From Acaryochloridaceae cyanobacterium VAR_48_metabat_390 (GTDB lineage: Bacteria; Cyanobacteriota; Cyanobacteriia; Thermosynechococcales; Thermosynechococcaceae), in NCBI GenBank assembly GCA_031422435.1, contig JANPLU010000101.1, forward strand, positions 1-64,000: a DNA stretch of 64,000 nt. The letters run 5' to 3'. This document shows positions 10,231-21,029 of the stretch, piece after piece. Below the pieces are notes generated by a model. That model did no database searches, had not been told where the DNA came from, and was given only the letters and a program-made list of their open reading frames with translations. The translations under genes and the position numbers were made by a program. How positions within the stretch are numbered: the first letter of the stretch is position 1; every line of letters starts with the position of its first letter.

Positions 10231-10995
10231 ATGCCATCGGATAGCTCTCATAGTGCAGCAAGCCATAGTGCAGCAGGTCACAAAGCAGCGGTCATTATTC
10301 GCCTAGAAGGGGTCAATAAGGTCTATGGGCTGGGTGAAACCATCGTTAACGCGCTCAAAAACGTTAACCTCACCGTCAATGCGGGGGAATACTGCGCCAT
10401 TATGGGCGCATCTGGCTCTGGCAAGTCCACCATGATGAATATGATTGGCTGTCTTGATCGCCCGACGACAGGACATTACTACCTAGATGGCGAAGCAGTC
10501 GCAGAAATGGATGACGCTCAGCTTGCCCATGTCCGCAATCGCAAAATTGGGTTTGTGTTTCAGCAGTTTCATCTGCTGTCTCAGGTGAGCGCCCTAGAGA
10601 ACGTCATGCTCCCGATGATTTATGCCAATGTACCTGCCGCTGAGCGCAAAGAAAGGGCGATCGCCGCACTACAGCAGGTGGGATTGGGCGATCGCCTCAA
10701 CAACCGTCCCAACCAGCTATCTGGGGGTCAGCAGCAGCGGGTTGCCATTGCGCGGGCGATTGTGAATCGTCCTGTACTGCTGCTGGCAGATGAGCCGACT
10801 GGGGCGCTCGATTCTAAAACCACTCAAGAGATTTTAGAGATTTTTGGGAACCTTAATACAAAAGGGATGACCGTTGTCATGGTGACGCACGAAGCAGAAG
10901 TGGCTCGCAGTACCCGCCGCGTAATCTGGTTTCGGGATGGGCAGGTGATTCATGAAAACCTGAAGCCCGAAGACCTCATGCAGGCGACGTTTTAA
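10231..10995 (+). CDS. ABC transporter ATP-binding protein (MacB/LolD type)
   Basis: Walker A GASGSGKS, LSGGQQQR signature, LLADEPTGALD. Confidence 0.95.
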   Translation: MPSDSSHSAASHSAAGHKAAVIIRLEGVNKVYGLGETIVNALKNVNLTVNAGEYCAIMGASGSGKSTMMNMIGCLDRPTTGHYYLDGEAVAEMDDAQLAHVRNRKIGFVFQQFHLLSQVSALENVMLPMIYANVPAAERKERAIAALQQVGLGDRLNNRPNQLSGGQQQRVAIARAIVNRPVLLLADEPTGALDSKTTQEILEIFGNLNTKGMTVVMVTHEAEVARSTRRVIWFRDGQVIHENLKPEDLMQATF

Positions 10996-11126
10996 GGATA
11001 TTTTCTGAAGCCCGATCATGCAAAAGCCTTGGGCTGGGTATGCGATACTCATCATTGAGATATCGCCATTCTATCGAGCGATTCCGTTAGATTTCATCCA
11101 TTTCGCCTCCGTTGTCAATATTGTCT

Positions 11127-12410
11127 ATGTCAACTTCTGAGTCAATCCCTGAATTTCAGCCTCCAGGCAGCGGCAACGGCTACCGCGCCTTGATGCAAAA
11201 CCGTCCCTTTGTGATTCTGTGGATAGGCCAGATTGTTTCACAAATTGCCGACAAGATTTTTTTTGTCCTGCTGATTGATTTGGTGATCCACTACATTACG
11301 CCGGACTTTCCAGAAAACACTGCGAAGGCATCCGTCATGATGGCGAATACCCTGCCAGCAGTCTTTCTGGGGTTTGCCGCCGGCATTTTTGTAGATCGTT
11401 GGTCGAAAAAGCAAATTCTGTGGGCGAGTAATCTGGGGCGCGGAATCATGACCTTTATGATTCCGCTTTGTCCAAAGCAGCTATTGTTTCTGTTGCTCAT
11501 TGCCCTCGGAGAATCTATCCTGACGCAGTTTTTTGCCCCCGCAGAGCAGGCAACCATTGCCGTTTTAGTCGAGCGGAAGCTTCTCATGCCTGCCAATGCC
11601 CTCTTTAGCACCACCATGATCGGTTCGTTTGTGGTCGGATTTGCGGTTTGTCCTGTCTTACTGGGCTGGGCGAACGGCTGGGGCGGAACCTATGGTGGCG
11701 CATTTTTGGTGGGCGGTCTTTATATTGCGGCGGCTGTTGTGTTGGCCTTGCTGCCCATCGAAGACGATAAGTCCGTGGATGCTAAACCACAGCATCCCTG
11801 GAAAGAATTTAAACAGGGGCTGAGGTACATTCAGAAAAATCGCCTTTTAAGCAACGCGATGGTGCAGCTTGCCATTTTGTACAGTGTTTTAGCTGCGCTC
11901 ATTGCCCTTGCGCCAGGATTTTTAAAGACGATTAATGAGAATCAACGAGAATTCAGCTTTATTCTTTCCTGTGCAGGGGTGGGGCTAATCCTGGGCGCGG
12001 CGCTGTTGGGTCAGTGGGGCGATCGCCTCAATCACTGGCCCCTCCCGCTCATCGGGTTCTTGAGTATGGGGTTTGTTTTAATCAGCTTTTTCTTTGTCAC
12101 CCAGCTATGGCTGATTTTGCTACTGAGCGTACTGTTGGGTTGGGGCGCTGCCTTTGTGGGGGTACCTATGCAGACTCTCATTCAAACCCAAACGCTCCCA
12201 GATATGCGGGGCAAGGTATTTGGGGTACAAAATAACGTCATTAATATTGCGCTGAGTTTACCCTTGGCGATCGCCGCACTTTTGGCGGACGCAACGTCTT
12301 CGGTTCGTGGGGTTCTGCTTGCCATTGGCATTCTCGTTTGCATTATCGGCTTGTGGTCATGGCGCAGGACGCGGCAGGTTCTCCAAGAAGAAGCCTATCC
12401 AGATCTCTAG
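11127..12410 (+). CDS. MFS transporter
   Basis: 12 TM pattern, GIFVDRWSKK motif A, QT...MRGKVFG. Confidence 0.85.
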   Translation: MSTSESIPEFQPPGSGNGYRALMQNRPFVILWIGQIVSQIADKIFFVLLIDLVIHYITPDFPENTAKASVMMANTLPAVFLGFAAGIFVDRWSKKQILWASNLGRGIMTFMIPLCPKQLLFLLLIALGESILTQFFAPAEQATIAVLVERKLLMPANALFSTTMIGSFVVGFAVCPVLLGWANGWGGTYGGAFLVGGLYIAAAVVLALLPIEDDKSVDAKPQHPWKEFKQGLRYIQKNRLLSNAMVQLAILYSVLAALIALAPGFLKTINENQREFSFILSCAGVGLILGAALLGQWGDRLNHWPLPLIGFLSMGFVLISFFFVTQLWLILLLSVLLGWGAAFVGVPMQTLIQTQTLPDMRGKVFGVQNNVINIALSLPLAIAALLADATSSVRGVLLAIGILVCIIGLWSWRRTRQVLQEEAYPDL

Positions 12411-12626
12411 CCATCCTTTAAGGGCTGTAACATTTAGACAATCTATGTCAGGGCGCGCCTAAATTTCTCGACAGACCCTGTATAAAACACTACACTTAGA
12501 ATCTGTCCCCAAGGTTTGAGCAAAAATTTAGGCATTTGCACTGTACACCTTGTTCTTACGCGCCTTTAGATTATTTTGCTTGACTTAAAACTTTCAAATT
12601 CACGATTGGCTGGAGAGGTTTTGACC

Positions 12627-14432
12627 GTGCGTGCAACCGGAGCATTCGCCCTTCTTGATAGTTTAAAGCGCCACGGCGTTGAGCATATTTTTGGTTATCC
12701 CGGCGGCGCAATTCTGCCCATTTATGATGAAATCTATCGCGCAGAAGAACGGGGTGACATTCGCCACATTTTGGTACGTCACGAGCAGGGTGCAGCCCAT
12801 GCCGCAGACGGCTACGCTCGAGCAACGGGTAAAGTAGGCGTCTGCTTTGCTACCTCAGGTCCTGGCGCAACCAACCTTGTGACGGGCATTGCCACAGCTC
12901 ACATGGACTCCATTCCCATGGTGGTCATTACGGGGCAAGTGCCTAGCAACGTCATTGGCAGTGATGCCTTTCAAGAAACCGACATTTTTGGCATTACGCT
13001 GCCCATCGTAAAGCATTCCTACGTGGTGCGTGACCCGAAAGACATTGCTCGTATTGTGGCAGAAGCCTTTCATATTGCGGGTACGGGTCGTCCAGGGCCT
13101 GTCTTGGTGGATGTGCCCAAAGATATTGGTCTCGAAGAATTTGACTATGTAGCAGTGGAGCCAGGTCAGGTCAATTTACCAGGCTATCGACCCACTGTCC
13201 GTGGCAATAATCGTCAGATTGCAAATGCGCTTAAGCTCATTCAGGCTGCCAAACAGCCCCTGCTGTACGTGGGTGGGGGAGCCATTACTGCCAATGCCCA
13301 CGCCGAGCTAAAAGAACTCGCAGAGCGCTTTCAAATCCCCGTCACCACTACCCTCATGGGCAAAGGTTCCTTTGATGAACGCCATCCGTTGGGCTTGGGG
13401 ATGCTAGGGATGCACGGCACGGCCTACGCCAATTTTTCTGTGACCGAATGCGATCTTCTCATTGCGGTCGGCGCTCGGTTTGATGACCGCGTGACGGGCA
13501 AACTCGATGAGTTTGCCTCTCGTGCAAAAGTTATTCATATTGATATTGATCCCGCCGAGGTGGGCAAAAATCGGGGGCCAGAGGTTCCCATTGTGGGTAG
13601 CGTAAAGCCCGTTTTGCAGGAGCTGCTGAAGCTCTCTCAAACGTTAAGCCCAGCCGAAAAGCCCGATACTCAAGCATGGCTAGCGCGGATTCACCGCTGG
13701 CGAGAGGATTACCCTTTAGTTGTGCCTCATCCTGACGGAAAGCTATCGCCTCAAGAAGTGATTGTAGGGCTAGGGCAACAGGCTCCTGATGCTTACTACA
13801 CAACCGATGTGGGGCAGCACCAAATGTGGTCTGCTCAATTTTTGAAGAATGGTCCCCGCCAGTGGATTTCTAGCGCTGGATTAGGCACGATGGGCTTTGG
13901 AATGCCCGCTGCGATGGGCGCACAGGTCGCGCTTCCTGACCATCAGGTCATTTGCATTAGCGGAGACGCTAGCTTTCAGATGAATTTGCAAGAGCTAGGC
14001 ACCTTAGCACAGTATGGGATCAACGTAAAAACAGTCGTTATCAACAATTTCTGGCAGGGCATGGTGCGCCAGTGGCAGCAGGCTTTTTACGGGGAGCGCT
14101 ACTCAAATTCCAATATGGATAAGGGCGTACCAAACTTTGTGAAGCTGGCGGAAGCCTTTGGTATTAAGGGGATGGTCGTAAACCATCGAGATGATTTGGA
14201 AGGGGCGATCACCGAAATGTTAGCCCATGATGGCCCAGTCCTGCTTGATGCCCACGTCACGCGAGATGAGAACTGCTACCCGATGGTTGCCCCAGGCAAA
14301 AATAACTCCCAAATGCTGGGACTTCCTGAGCGCGTGCTTGATCGTGCAGCGGAGCTGGTTTATTGCAGCGGCTGCGGCGCAAAAAATACGCTTCACAATC
14401 GGTTTTGCCCTGAGTGTGGCACAAAACTGTAA
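12627..14432 (+). CDS. ilvB: Acetolactate synthase large subunit with C-terminal zinc ribbon
   Basis: [37 protein letters not shown] motif; CxxC...CPEC tail; start uncertain (12576-12627). Confidence 0.95.
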   Translation: MRATGAFALLDSLKRHGVEHIFGYPGGAILPIYDEIYRAEERGDIRHILVRHEQGAAHAADGYARATGKVGVCFATSGPGATNLVTGIATAHMDSIPMVVITGQVPSNVIGSDAFQETDIFGITLPIVKHSYVVRDPKDIARIVAEAFHIAGTGRPGPVLVDVPKDIGLEEFDYVAVEPGQVNLPGYRPTVRGNNRQIANALKLIQAAKQPLLYVGGGAITANAHAELKELAERFQIPVTTTLMGKGSFDERHPLGLGMLGMHGTAYANFSVTECDLLIAVGARFDDRVTGKLDEFASRAKVIHIDIDPAEVGKNRGPEVPIVGSVKPVLQELLKLSQTLSPAEKPDTQAWLARIHRWREDYPLVVPHPDGKLSPQEVIVGLGQQAPDAYYTTDVGQHQMWSAQFLKNGPRQWISSAGLGTMGFGMPAAMGAQVALPDHQVICISGDASFQMNLQELGTLAQYGINVKTVVINNFWQGMVRQWQQAFYGERYSNSNMDKGVPNFVKLAEAFGIKGMVVNHRDDLEGAITEMLAHDGPVLLDAHVTRDENCYPMVAPGKNNSQMLGLPERVLDRAAELVYCSGCGAKNTLHNRFCPECGTKL

Positions 14433-14522
14433 TTTAAGCAGTCATTAGGCTATGGTAGGGAGCGTTGGCAATTGCCAGCCTGTTCTAGAGTGCCCGATGA
14501 ATGGCAAAGCTGAAGATTACTC

Positions 14523-15005
14523 ATGGATTTACAGGCTCAAATTCAGGCGTTAATTGAGGATGCCCCCGCTGATGAGGCCACGCGAGAAGGCGTCCAAGTG
14601 GTGGCGATCGCCTTAGCAGAGGTAGCACAAGGGCTAGCCCACTCCGAGTATTACATCCTGCAAAATTTTCAAGAGCAGTGGCAAGTCACAACTCTCCAAC
14701 ATCGAACCCAAGAAGCGCTTCACAAAACGGTGCTTTACGCCTATGGGAGCTTGGCTGATGCGACAAAAGTAGGGCAGTCTGGCGAACTCATTGCTGTGCC
14801 AGTGCCAGTTGTGCAGCTCTTATTTCAGTTTTTCTCCTTTGAAACCGTAGATAGCTTTTTATTCGTTGACGATGCCCAGCAGCCTGATCAAATTCGAGAG
14901 CTAAAGCAGCAGGATTTACAGGCTCTGGTGCAGGCATACCTTAAAGAGCATATTGCTAACGAACCCAGCAGTTCTACCGCCGTAGACTTAGATACCATCG
15001 CCTAA
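14523..15005 (+). CDS. Conserved cyanobacterial hypothetical protein
   Basis: 160-aa ORF with MDLQAQIQALIEDAP start, fits between ilvB and galE. Confidence 0.7.
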   Translation: MDLQAQIQALIEDAPADEATREGVQVVAIALAEVAQGLAHSEYYILQNFQEQWQVTTLQHRTQEALHKTVLYAYGSLADATKVGQSGELIAVPVPVVQLLFQFFSFETVDSFLFVDDAQQPDQIRELKQQDLQALVQAYLKEHIANEPSSSTAVDLDTIA

Positions 15006-15007
15006 CG

Positions 15008-16030
15008 TTAGGGCTTAACCTTCTCCAAACCACCATGACGCTTCTGATGCCACTGCCATGCATGACTAAGGATCACCTCAATCTGATTATACTGAGGATC
15101 CCAGCCTAAAACCTTGCGAGCTTTGGTTGCGCTCCCAATTAAAATCGCTGGATCTCCTGCACGCCGAGGGCCTTCTTCAACGGTAATAGGCAGACCCGTT
15201 ATCTCTTTTGCTGCCGTGATCACCTCTTTAACCGAGAATCCATCGCCATTGCCCAGATTAAACACCGAAGTTTCGCCATCATCCAAAAGATACTGAAGCC
15301 CCAACACATGGGCATCTGCCAAGTCAGTAACGTGAATATAGTCTCGAACACAGGTGCCATCGGGCGTTTTGTAGTCTGTGCCAAAAACCGTAATGTGATC
15401 TCGCTGCCCTAGCGCCGTCAGCAGCACCAAGGGGATTAGATGAGTTTCTGGGTCGTGATCTTCGCCTAAGCGCCCCTGAGGGTCAGCGCCTGCCGCGTTA
15501 AAGTAGCGAAATCGAACCGAGCGCAGCCCATAGGCGCGATCAAAATCTTCTAAAATTTGCTCCACCATGAGCTTACTCATCCCGTAGGGGTTGATGGGCG
15601 ACTGGGGATGATCTTCAGGAATGGGAATCTGGTGGGGGTTGCCGTAGCTGGCACAGGTCGAAGAGAACACAATCTTAAAGACCTCGGCCTGTACCATCGC
15701 CTCTAGCAATGTCAGCGTGCCCACCACGTTATTGCGGTAATACTTGGCGGGGTTTGTGACCGATTCGCCCACATAAGCATAGGCCGCAAAGTGGATTACC
15801 GCGTCAATGGGATAGGTTGCGAAGACCTGATCTAAAAAAGCGCGATCGCCGATATCCCCCTGGACAAATTCAACGTCTAAAACAGACTCGACAATATCGC
15901 TATGTCCGTAGACCAAATTATCAAGCACGACAACCCGATAGCCTGCTTCCTTAAGCGCTAAGGCCGCGTGGGAGCCAATATATCCGGCACCGCCCGTTAC
16001 CAGAACCGTAGGCTGCTGCTGCTTGTCCAT
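15008..16030 (-). CDS. galE: UDP-glucose 4-epimerase
   Basis: TGGAGYIGSH, YGMSK, RYFNAAGA, DGTCVRDYIHV; ATG 16030 overlaps the gshB stop (TAATG). Confidence 0.95.
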   Translation of the reverse strand: MDKQQQPTVLVTGGAGYIGSHAALALKEAGYRVVVLDNLVYGHSDIVESVLDVEFVQGDIGDRAFLDQVFATYPIDAVIHFAAYAYVGESVTNPAKYYRNNVVGTLTLLEAMVQAEVFKIVFSSTCASYGNPHQIPIPEDHPQSPINPYGMSKLMVEQILEDFDRAYGLRSVRFRYFNAAGADPQGRLGEDHDPETHLIPLVLLTALGQRDHITVFGTDYKTPDGTCVRDYIHVTDLADAHVLGLQYLLDDGETSVFNLGNGDGFSVKEVITAAKEITGLPITVEEGPRRAGDPAILIGSATKARKVLGWDPQYNQIEVILSHAWQWHQKRHGGLEKVKP

Positions 16031-17013
16031 TAGATCTGTCGATAACCTCGTTTGTTTGCATTTGCTAGCCATTCCATAACGCGATCGCCTAAGCGCACGT
16101 CATCCAGTCGATCAATCTCTCGGATTCCTGTCGGGCTAGTGACATTGATTTCAGTGAGGTACCCCCCAATGACATCAATGCCCACAAATATTAGCCCATT
16201 TTTTTGCAGCGTCGGGGCAAGCTGACTACAAATTTGCCGCTCACGTTCCGTGAGAGCAGACTGTGCCACTCGTCCACCCGTGGCCATATTTCCGCGAAAT
16301 TCTTTGCCCGTGGGGATTCGGTTGACGGCTCCAATCGGTTCACCATCCAGCAAAATAATGCGTTTGTCACCCTCTGCTGCTTGGGGCAGATACTCCTGCA
16401 CCATCACCGGAAGCTGTCCCTGAAAGGTGCTAATTTCGACCAGAGAGTTGAGATTGCGATCGCCTGCCTCCATCAGCAGAATCCCTTCCCCCGCCTTACC
16501 ACCCAAAGGCTTCAGCACCGCTAACCCTTTTGCTTCCACAAACTCTCGGATGGTCTGCTTATTTTGGGTCACAATCGTCTCAGGAATGGCCTCCGTAAAC
16601 TGGAGCGCAAACATCTTCTCATTGGCAGCGCGTAGCCCCTGGGGATGATTCACCACCAGGGTTTTTTGCGGGTCTACAAAATCAAGAATGTAGGTTGCAT
16701 AAAGGTACGCCGTCGAAACAGGCGGATCCTTGCGCATGAAGACCGCATCCATCTGGTTGAGGGGCGATCGCACAGGCTCTCCCACAGCGCACCAGGGCTG
16801 TGGTACCTGCCAATGCCCATCTACAAGCGGGATAGGTTCTAAGGTGATTTGCTGAAGCATCGTCCAGGCTTTGCCATCTACAACCTGAAGGTCTTCTGCC
16901 TGAGTAAACCAAACCTCATGCCCCTGATTTTGAGCGGCCTCCATGAGAGCGACGCTTGTGTCGTGTCCAGGATCTAGCCGCGAAATCGGGTCAATAATAA
17001 ATGCGAGTTTCAC
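16030..17013 (-). CDS. gshB: Glutathione synthetase
   Basis: MRKDPP, NEK, KPLGGKAGEG, GDKRI, FRGNMATGG, EINVTSPTG. Confidence 0.95.
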   Translation of the reverse strand: MKLAFIIDPISRLDPGHDTSVALMEAAQNQGHEVWFTQAEDLQVVDGKAWTMLQQITLEPIPLVDGHWQVPQPWCAVGEPVRSPLNQMDAVFMRKDPPVSTAYLYATYILDFVDPQKTLVVNHPQGLRAANEKMFALQFTEAIPETIVTQNKQTIREFVEAKGLAVLKPLGGKAGEGILLMEAGDRNLNSLVEISTFQGQLPVMVQEYLPQAAEGDKRIILLDGEPIGAVNRIPTGKEFRGNMATGGRVAQSALTERERQICSQLAPTLQKNGLIFVGIDVIGGYLTEINVTSPTGIREIDRLDDVRLGDRVMEWLANANKRGYRQI

Positions 17014-17038
17014 AGGGTTAATCCTTTAGCGGCATGCC

Positions 17039-17299
17039 TCAAGCATTAAGTAAGCCATCTAGTTTACCCTTTCTGTCTAGCGCATGGATATCGTCACAGC
17101 CGCCCACATGAACATCATTAATAAAAATTTGGGGTACCGAGCGGCGACCATCTCCTCTCTGAGCCATCGCTGCTCGAGCGGCTTCGTCACCATCCACGCT
17201 GTACTCAGTAAAATCTACGCCCTTACTGGCAAGAAGGTGCTTTGCACGAATGCAGAAGGGGCAGGTTGCCCAGGTATAAATTTCAACTTTTGCAGCCAT
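17039..17299 (-). CDS. grxC: Glutaredoxin 3
   Basis: CPFC active site, SVPQIFI, GGCDD; upstream of gshB. Confidence 0.93.
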   Translation of the reverse strand: MAAKVEIYTWATCPFCIRAKHLLASKGVDFTEYSVDGDEAARAAMAQRGDGRRSVPQIFINDVHVGGCDDIHALDRKGKLDGLLNA

Positions 17300-17324
17300 G
17301 ATTCACGTTCAGCAAAGACTAAGG

Positions 17325-17366
17325 AATAAAAATAAAATAAGCCCCGCTTGTGTAGGGGCGGGTTTA
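17325..17366 (-). terminator. Probable intrinsic terminator after hpnH
   Basis: On the minus strand a CCCGC...GCGGG stem followed by TTATTTTATTTTT. Confidence 0.55.
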
Positions 17367-17425
17367 GCTAATATTGTGCTCAAAAAGCCCAGATGCATCG
17401 TCAAAAACCGCCCTTACTTTAGCCA

Positions 17426-18439
17426 TTAGCCAAACAGTCCAGCCATTGCACGTCCCATATTTGCGGGCTGCATGGCATCCATCGCAGCAGTTGGCTCATA
17501 GCCGCAATGTACCATGCAGTCTTGGCATTGAGGGTTGCTGCTGGTGTGACCGTATTCTTCCCAGTTGGTTTTTTCTAGCAGCTCCTTGAAGGTTTTGTAA
17601 TAGCCTTCATTGAGCAAATAGCAGGGCTTTTGCCAGCCTAAGACGCTGTAGCTCGGGCTACCCCAAGGCGTACACTCATAGTCTTTATCACCTGTCAAAA
17701 AGTCTAAAAACAGGGGGTTGTGATAAAACGACCAAGATTTCTTACCTGCTTTATAGGGAGCCAATATTTCACGGAACAGCGCCTTAGTGTTTTCTCGCTT
17801 CAGGAAATGCTCCTGATCGGGTGCCCACTCATAGCTATAGCCAGGAGAAACGTTGATGCCATCCGTCCCTAGCTCAGTCAAAAAGTCAAAGAACTCTTGC
17901 ATGACTTTGGGGTCAGCGCCATCAAAAACCGTCGTATTGGTACTGACGCGGAATCCCTTCGCTTTTGCAGCCTTAATAGCTGCCACCGCAACATCAAAAA
18001 CGCCTTCACGATCAACGCTTTTATCATGCAGTTCACGAGGTCCATCGAGGTGAACCATGATGGTGAAGTAGGGAGAGGGCTTGAACTTATGCAGATTTTT
18101 TTCAAGCAAAATCGCATTAGTACACATAATCACAAACTTGCGGCGTGCAATTAGCCCCGTCACAATCTCTTCAATCTGAGGATGCAGAAGCGGCTCTCCG
18201 CCCGGAATAGAAACTACAGGTGCGCCGCACTCTTCAGCAGCCGTGAAGCATTCTTCTGGGGTCAGGTTTTTGCGTAGTATCTCAAGGGGATGCTGAATTT
18301 TGCCACAGCCTGTGCAGGCTAAGTTGCAGCGAAATAGAGGTTCCAGCATAAGCACCAACGGAAACCGCTTACGACCCATTAGTCGCTGCTTAACCAGGTA
18401 TGAACCAATTTCAACTGCTTGCTTGAGCGGGATGCCCAT
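17426..18439 (-). CDS. hpnH: Adenosyl-hopene transferase (radical SAM)
   Basis: [19 protein letters not shown]xxxCxx[17 protein letters not shown]. Confidence 0.95.
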   Translation of the reverse strand: MGIPLKQAVEIGSYLVKQRLMGRKRFPLVLMLEPLFRCNLACTGCGKIQHPLEILRKNLTPEECFTAAEECGAPVVSIPGGEPLLHPQIEEIVTGLIARRKFVIMCTNAILLEKNLHKFKPSPYFTIMVHLDGPRELHDKSVDREGVFDVAVAAIKAAKAKGFRVSTNTTVFDGADPKVMQEFFDFLTELGTDGINVSPGYSYEWAPDQEHFLKRENTKALFREILAPYKAGKKSWSFYHNPLFLDFLTGDKDYECTPWGSPSYSVLGWQKPCYLLNEGYYKTFKELLEKTNWEEYGHTSSNPQCQDCMVHCGYEPTAAMDAMQPANMGRAMAGLFG

Positions 18440-18649
18440 TACTTCATGCTCCTTACAACCACAATAACCAAAAAACCAAAAACCTCGCAGCCACTATATC
18501 ACTCGCTTTTGTCAATAAAAGCGGCTGCCTGACACTACATAAAAGTGTCCATCTCAAGACGGAAGAGAGGTTACCCTTGCGAATCTTAACGTATGTTTAT
18601 GTCCCTTAAGGATAGCTTTTCCAAGCTACTGCTGGCGGGGAAAGACGAG

Positions 18650-19276
18650 CTATGCATGTTCAGAGGGAAAAGACTGCTCTGGTAATGCCTCAAAGCGCGG
18701 TTCTGAAGGGAAAGATGCGTCGTGGTTTTCTGCCTGTGATTGATTAGAAGGCCCTATAGAGGATGAAGGTGGTTCAGGAAAATCAACATGAGATGGTCGC
18801 TGGAGGGGTGGAGCAGGACGGACTCTTGGTACGGCATGATTGGTTGCAGAACCCCGACGCGCTGATGTTGATGGTAGAGGCTGGATCCGCCCACGACGAT
18901 TGCGCTTAGACGAGGTTTTCTTGAGGCTCTTGAAAGCAGCACGAACGCCAGCCCAAACGCTTTGAGTGGTGATGACTGCTGCATTGACTTGACGTTGAGC
19001 CACCCGAAGGCTTTGGTCTACCTGTTTAATAACATTCCCGGCACTTTCAACACCGCCGCTGAGGTCATCCGTCAAATCACTAATGTCTGACCCTGTGAGA
19101 CGAATGGCATCAAGGGTGAGTGGTAGCTCTCTGTGTAGCGTATCGAACAGCTTTTCTGCACTGCGAGAGGCACGCGCTAGTTCTCGCAGTGCAGGGATAG
19201 CAGCCATCAACACGGCAGTTAAGCACACTGCCACTAGTAAGAATGAGCAAAGGAGCCAGAAAATGGGTTCAGTCAC
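18650..19276 (-). CDS. DUF948-like protein (N-terminal TM, coiled coil, disordered tail)
   Basis: EPIFWL...AAIPALRELARASRSAEKLFDTL...LPLTLDAIRLTG; follows the YtxH gene; GTG 19276. Confidence 0.75.
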   Translation of the reverse strand: MTEPIFWLLCSFLLVAVCLTAVLMAAIPALRELARASRSAEKLFDTLHRELPLTLDAIRLTGSDISDLTDDLSGGVESAGNVIKQVDQSLRVAQRQVNAAVITTQSVWAGVRAAFKSLKKTSSKRNRRGRIQPLPSTSARRGSATNHAVPRVRPAPPLQRPSHVDFPEPPSSSIGPSNQSQAENHDASFPSEPRFEALPEQSFPSEHA

Positions 19277-19341
19277 GGGTGCCCTAAAACGACACAATTA
19301 AAGGAAATTATTAATACTGTGCCATCCTATCAACCGATGGT

Positions 19342-19668
19342 CTATCGTGCCTTTTCTTTTTGAGCGTCTAAATTCTGAATACTGCGACGTTGGGCATTTG
19401 CTGCCTCAACTCCTGCGCCCAGCGCCTCACGCAGTCTTTCTAGGGTTTCATCCCACTGATTCAGCGTCGATTCTGAAAGTCGATCTGCCTGAAGCTGGAG
19501 GCTACTCGAAAGATCTTCTACGAGTTCAGGTAGAGTATCCGCCGACTTTTTGAGTATCTGACGTGTTTGACGACCTGTTCTGGGGGCGTACAGTAAACCT
19601 GCCGCCGCACCCATCGCTGCGCCTAACAAAAATCCACCGAGAAACAGTCCTGAACGTTGCTTTGCCAT
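19342..19668 (-). CDS. YtxH domain-containing protein
   Basis: FLGGFLLGAAMGAAAGLLYAPRTGRQTR. Confidence 0.85.
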   Translation of the reverse strand: MAKQRSGLFLGGFLLGAAMGAAAGLLYAPRTGRQTRQILKKSADTLPELVEDLSSSLQLQADRLSESTLNQWDETLERLREALGAGVEAANAQRRSIQNLDAQKEKAR

Positions 19669-19711
19669 AGTTGCTTTGTAATGCTTAGCTTTCCATAGTA
19701 TGCGTTAATTG

Positions 19712-20050
19712 TTAACTCAGCCGTTTGGCACGAGAGGCAAAGCGGCTCTTGGTCGGCCAAGATTGACGTTGATATATCCACTGAATCAGCTTTAGAAGCG
19801 CTGCGAAGCGAATGAGTTGTTTCTGTATCGTCCCAAGCCCAGCAACCTGTCTTTGGCGCTGTGCTACGCCAGAGTGTGCCAATAAAATATAGTAGGGTGC
19901 TGGATAAAGAATATGGTCAGTATTCTGCTCTGCATCAATAAGCCAGCGCGTTGCTCGTCGCAGGGCACGTTTGCTCTGATGCAGTTTCCAAACGGCAATG
20001 AGACAAAGGATAGCCAAGACTATGTTAAGACTGATAACCGCAGTAAACAT
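19712..20050 (-). CDS. Hypothetical membrane-anchored protein
   Basis: N-terminal TM helix; first gene of an apparent 3-gene unit. Confidence 0.6.
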   Translation of the reverse strand: MFTAVISLNIVLAILCLIAVWKLHQSKRALRRATRWLIDAEQNTDHILYPAPYYILLAHSGVAQRQRQVAGLGTIQKQLIRFAALLKLIQWIYQRQSWPTKSRFASRAKRLS

Positions 20051-20151
20051 AAAGATAGGAAGTCCTAGAGTTTTGTCAAAATCCTACTTTTTAAAATGAA
20101 GTCTACGAAGTCTACTAAAAAAATTCTCAGATGCACAACCATTAGAACTTT

Positions 20152-20919
20152 ATGACAGTTTGGCGACTGATGCCGCTCTGGCAGGGTTCGGGACAAATTC
20201 AAATGGCGATCGATCAATGGCTGTTTGAGCAGTGCCATCAAGGGCAGCATCCTCCAGTACTGCGGTTCTATCGTTGGGCACCTGCGGCAATTTCTCTGGG
20301 CTATCACCAGAAAGACTGGCCTACCCATTGGCAAACCCTACAATGGCAGAACGAACCCATCGACCTTGTGCGAAGACCTACGGGCGGACGGGCAGTTTTG
20401 CACGCGGGAGATTTGACGTACTGCATTGTGTTATCGCACCAATCGGGGCATCGCCGCCAAACCTATGAGTACATCTGCGAGTTTCTAATTCAGGGATGGC
20501 GATCGCTAGGTCTTGATCTAGAATTCGGCACGTCTGGGCGGGGCTATCAGCGTGAGGTCAACTGTTTTGAGAGCGCAACAGCGGCTGATCTTGTAACGCC
20601 TGACGGGGTTAAGTTTATTGGCAGCGCACAGGTTTGGCGCGGTCAAACCGTTTTACAGCATGGCTCAATGCAGCTTCAGCCTAATCTAGGCTTACGTCAC
20701 TCTGTTTTTGGAGGTCAAGCGCCCTTAATATCTAGGTCAGATAACCTAGAAGAACCGTTTCAAACGATTTCTGATAGCGAAATTATTACTGCGCTGACCT
20801 TGGCAGCAGCAACACATTTTGGCGTGAGCTTTCATGAAGAAGCACCCACTGTTTCTGAGTGGCATTCCATTCAAAATTACATTGATTTACCCCCACAGCT
20901 AAAAGCGCGTGGGATTTAG
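20152..20919 (+). CDS. Lipoate-protein ligase family protein (LplA/LipM-like)
   Basis: QMAID, LRFYRW...SLGYHQ, RRPTGGRAVLH, KFIGSAQ, LQHGS. Confidence 0.9.
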   Translation: MTVWRLMPLWQGSGQIQMAIDQWLFEQCHQGQHPPVLRFYRWAPAAISLGYHQKDWPTHWQTLQWQNEPIDLVRRPTGGRAVLHAGDLTYCIVLSHQSGHRRQTYEYICEFLIQGWRSLGLDLEFGTSGRGYQREVNCFESATAADLVTPDGVKFIGSAQVWRGQTVLQHGSMQLQPNLGLRHSVFGGQAPLISRSDNLEEPFQTISDSEIITALTLAAATHFGVSFHEEAPTVSEWHSIQNYIDLPPQLKARGI

Positions 20920-21029
20920 GACTCAAACAGAAATCGCAAGCTTATAGGTAACGGTGGTCGTGTGACCGAGGACATCGGTTTTGGCAATGACGTTGCCTTC
21001 GGATCAAGTTCATCTGTTAAAATCCCCCC

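Noticed and set aside
10249..10275. SHSAA duplication at the ABC ATPase N-terminus
   Set aside because: Two-copy microduplication in a disordered leader; no evidence of function
20935..21005. LIGNGGRVTEDIGFGNDVAFG resembling RTX Ca-binding repeats upstream of the Rpn gene
   Set aside because: Too short and degenerate to support without a search
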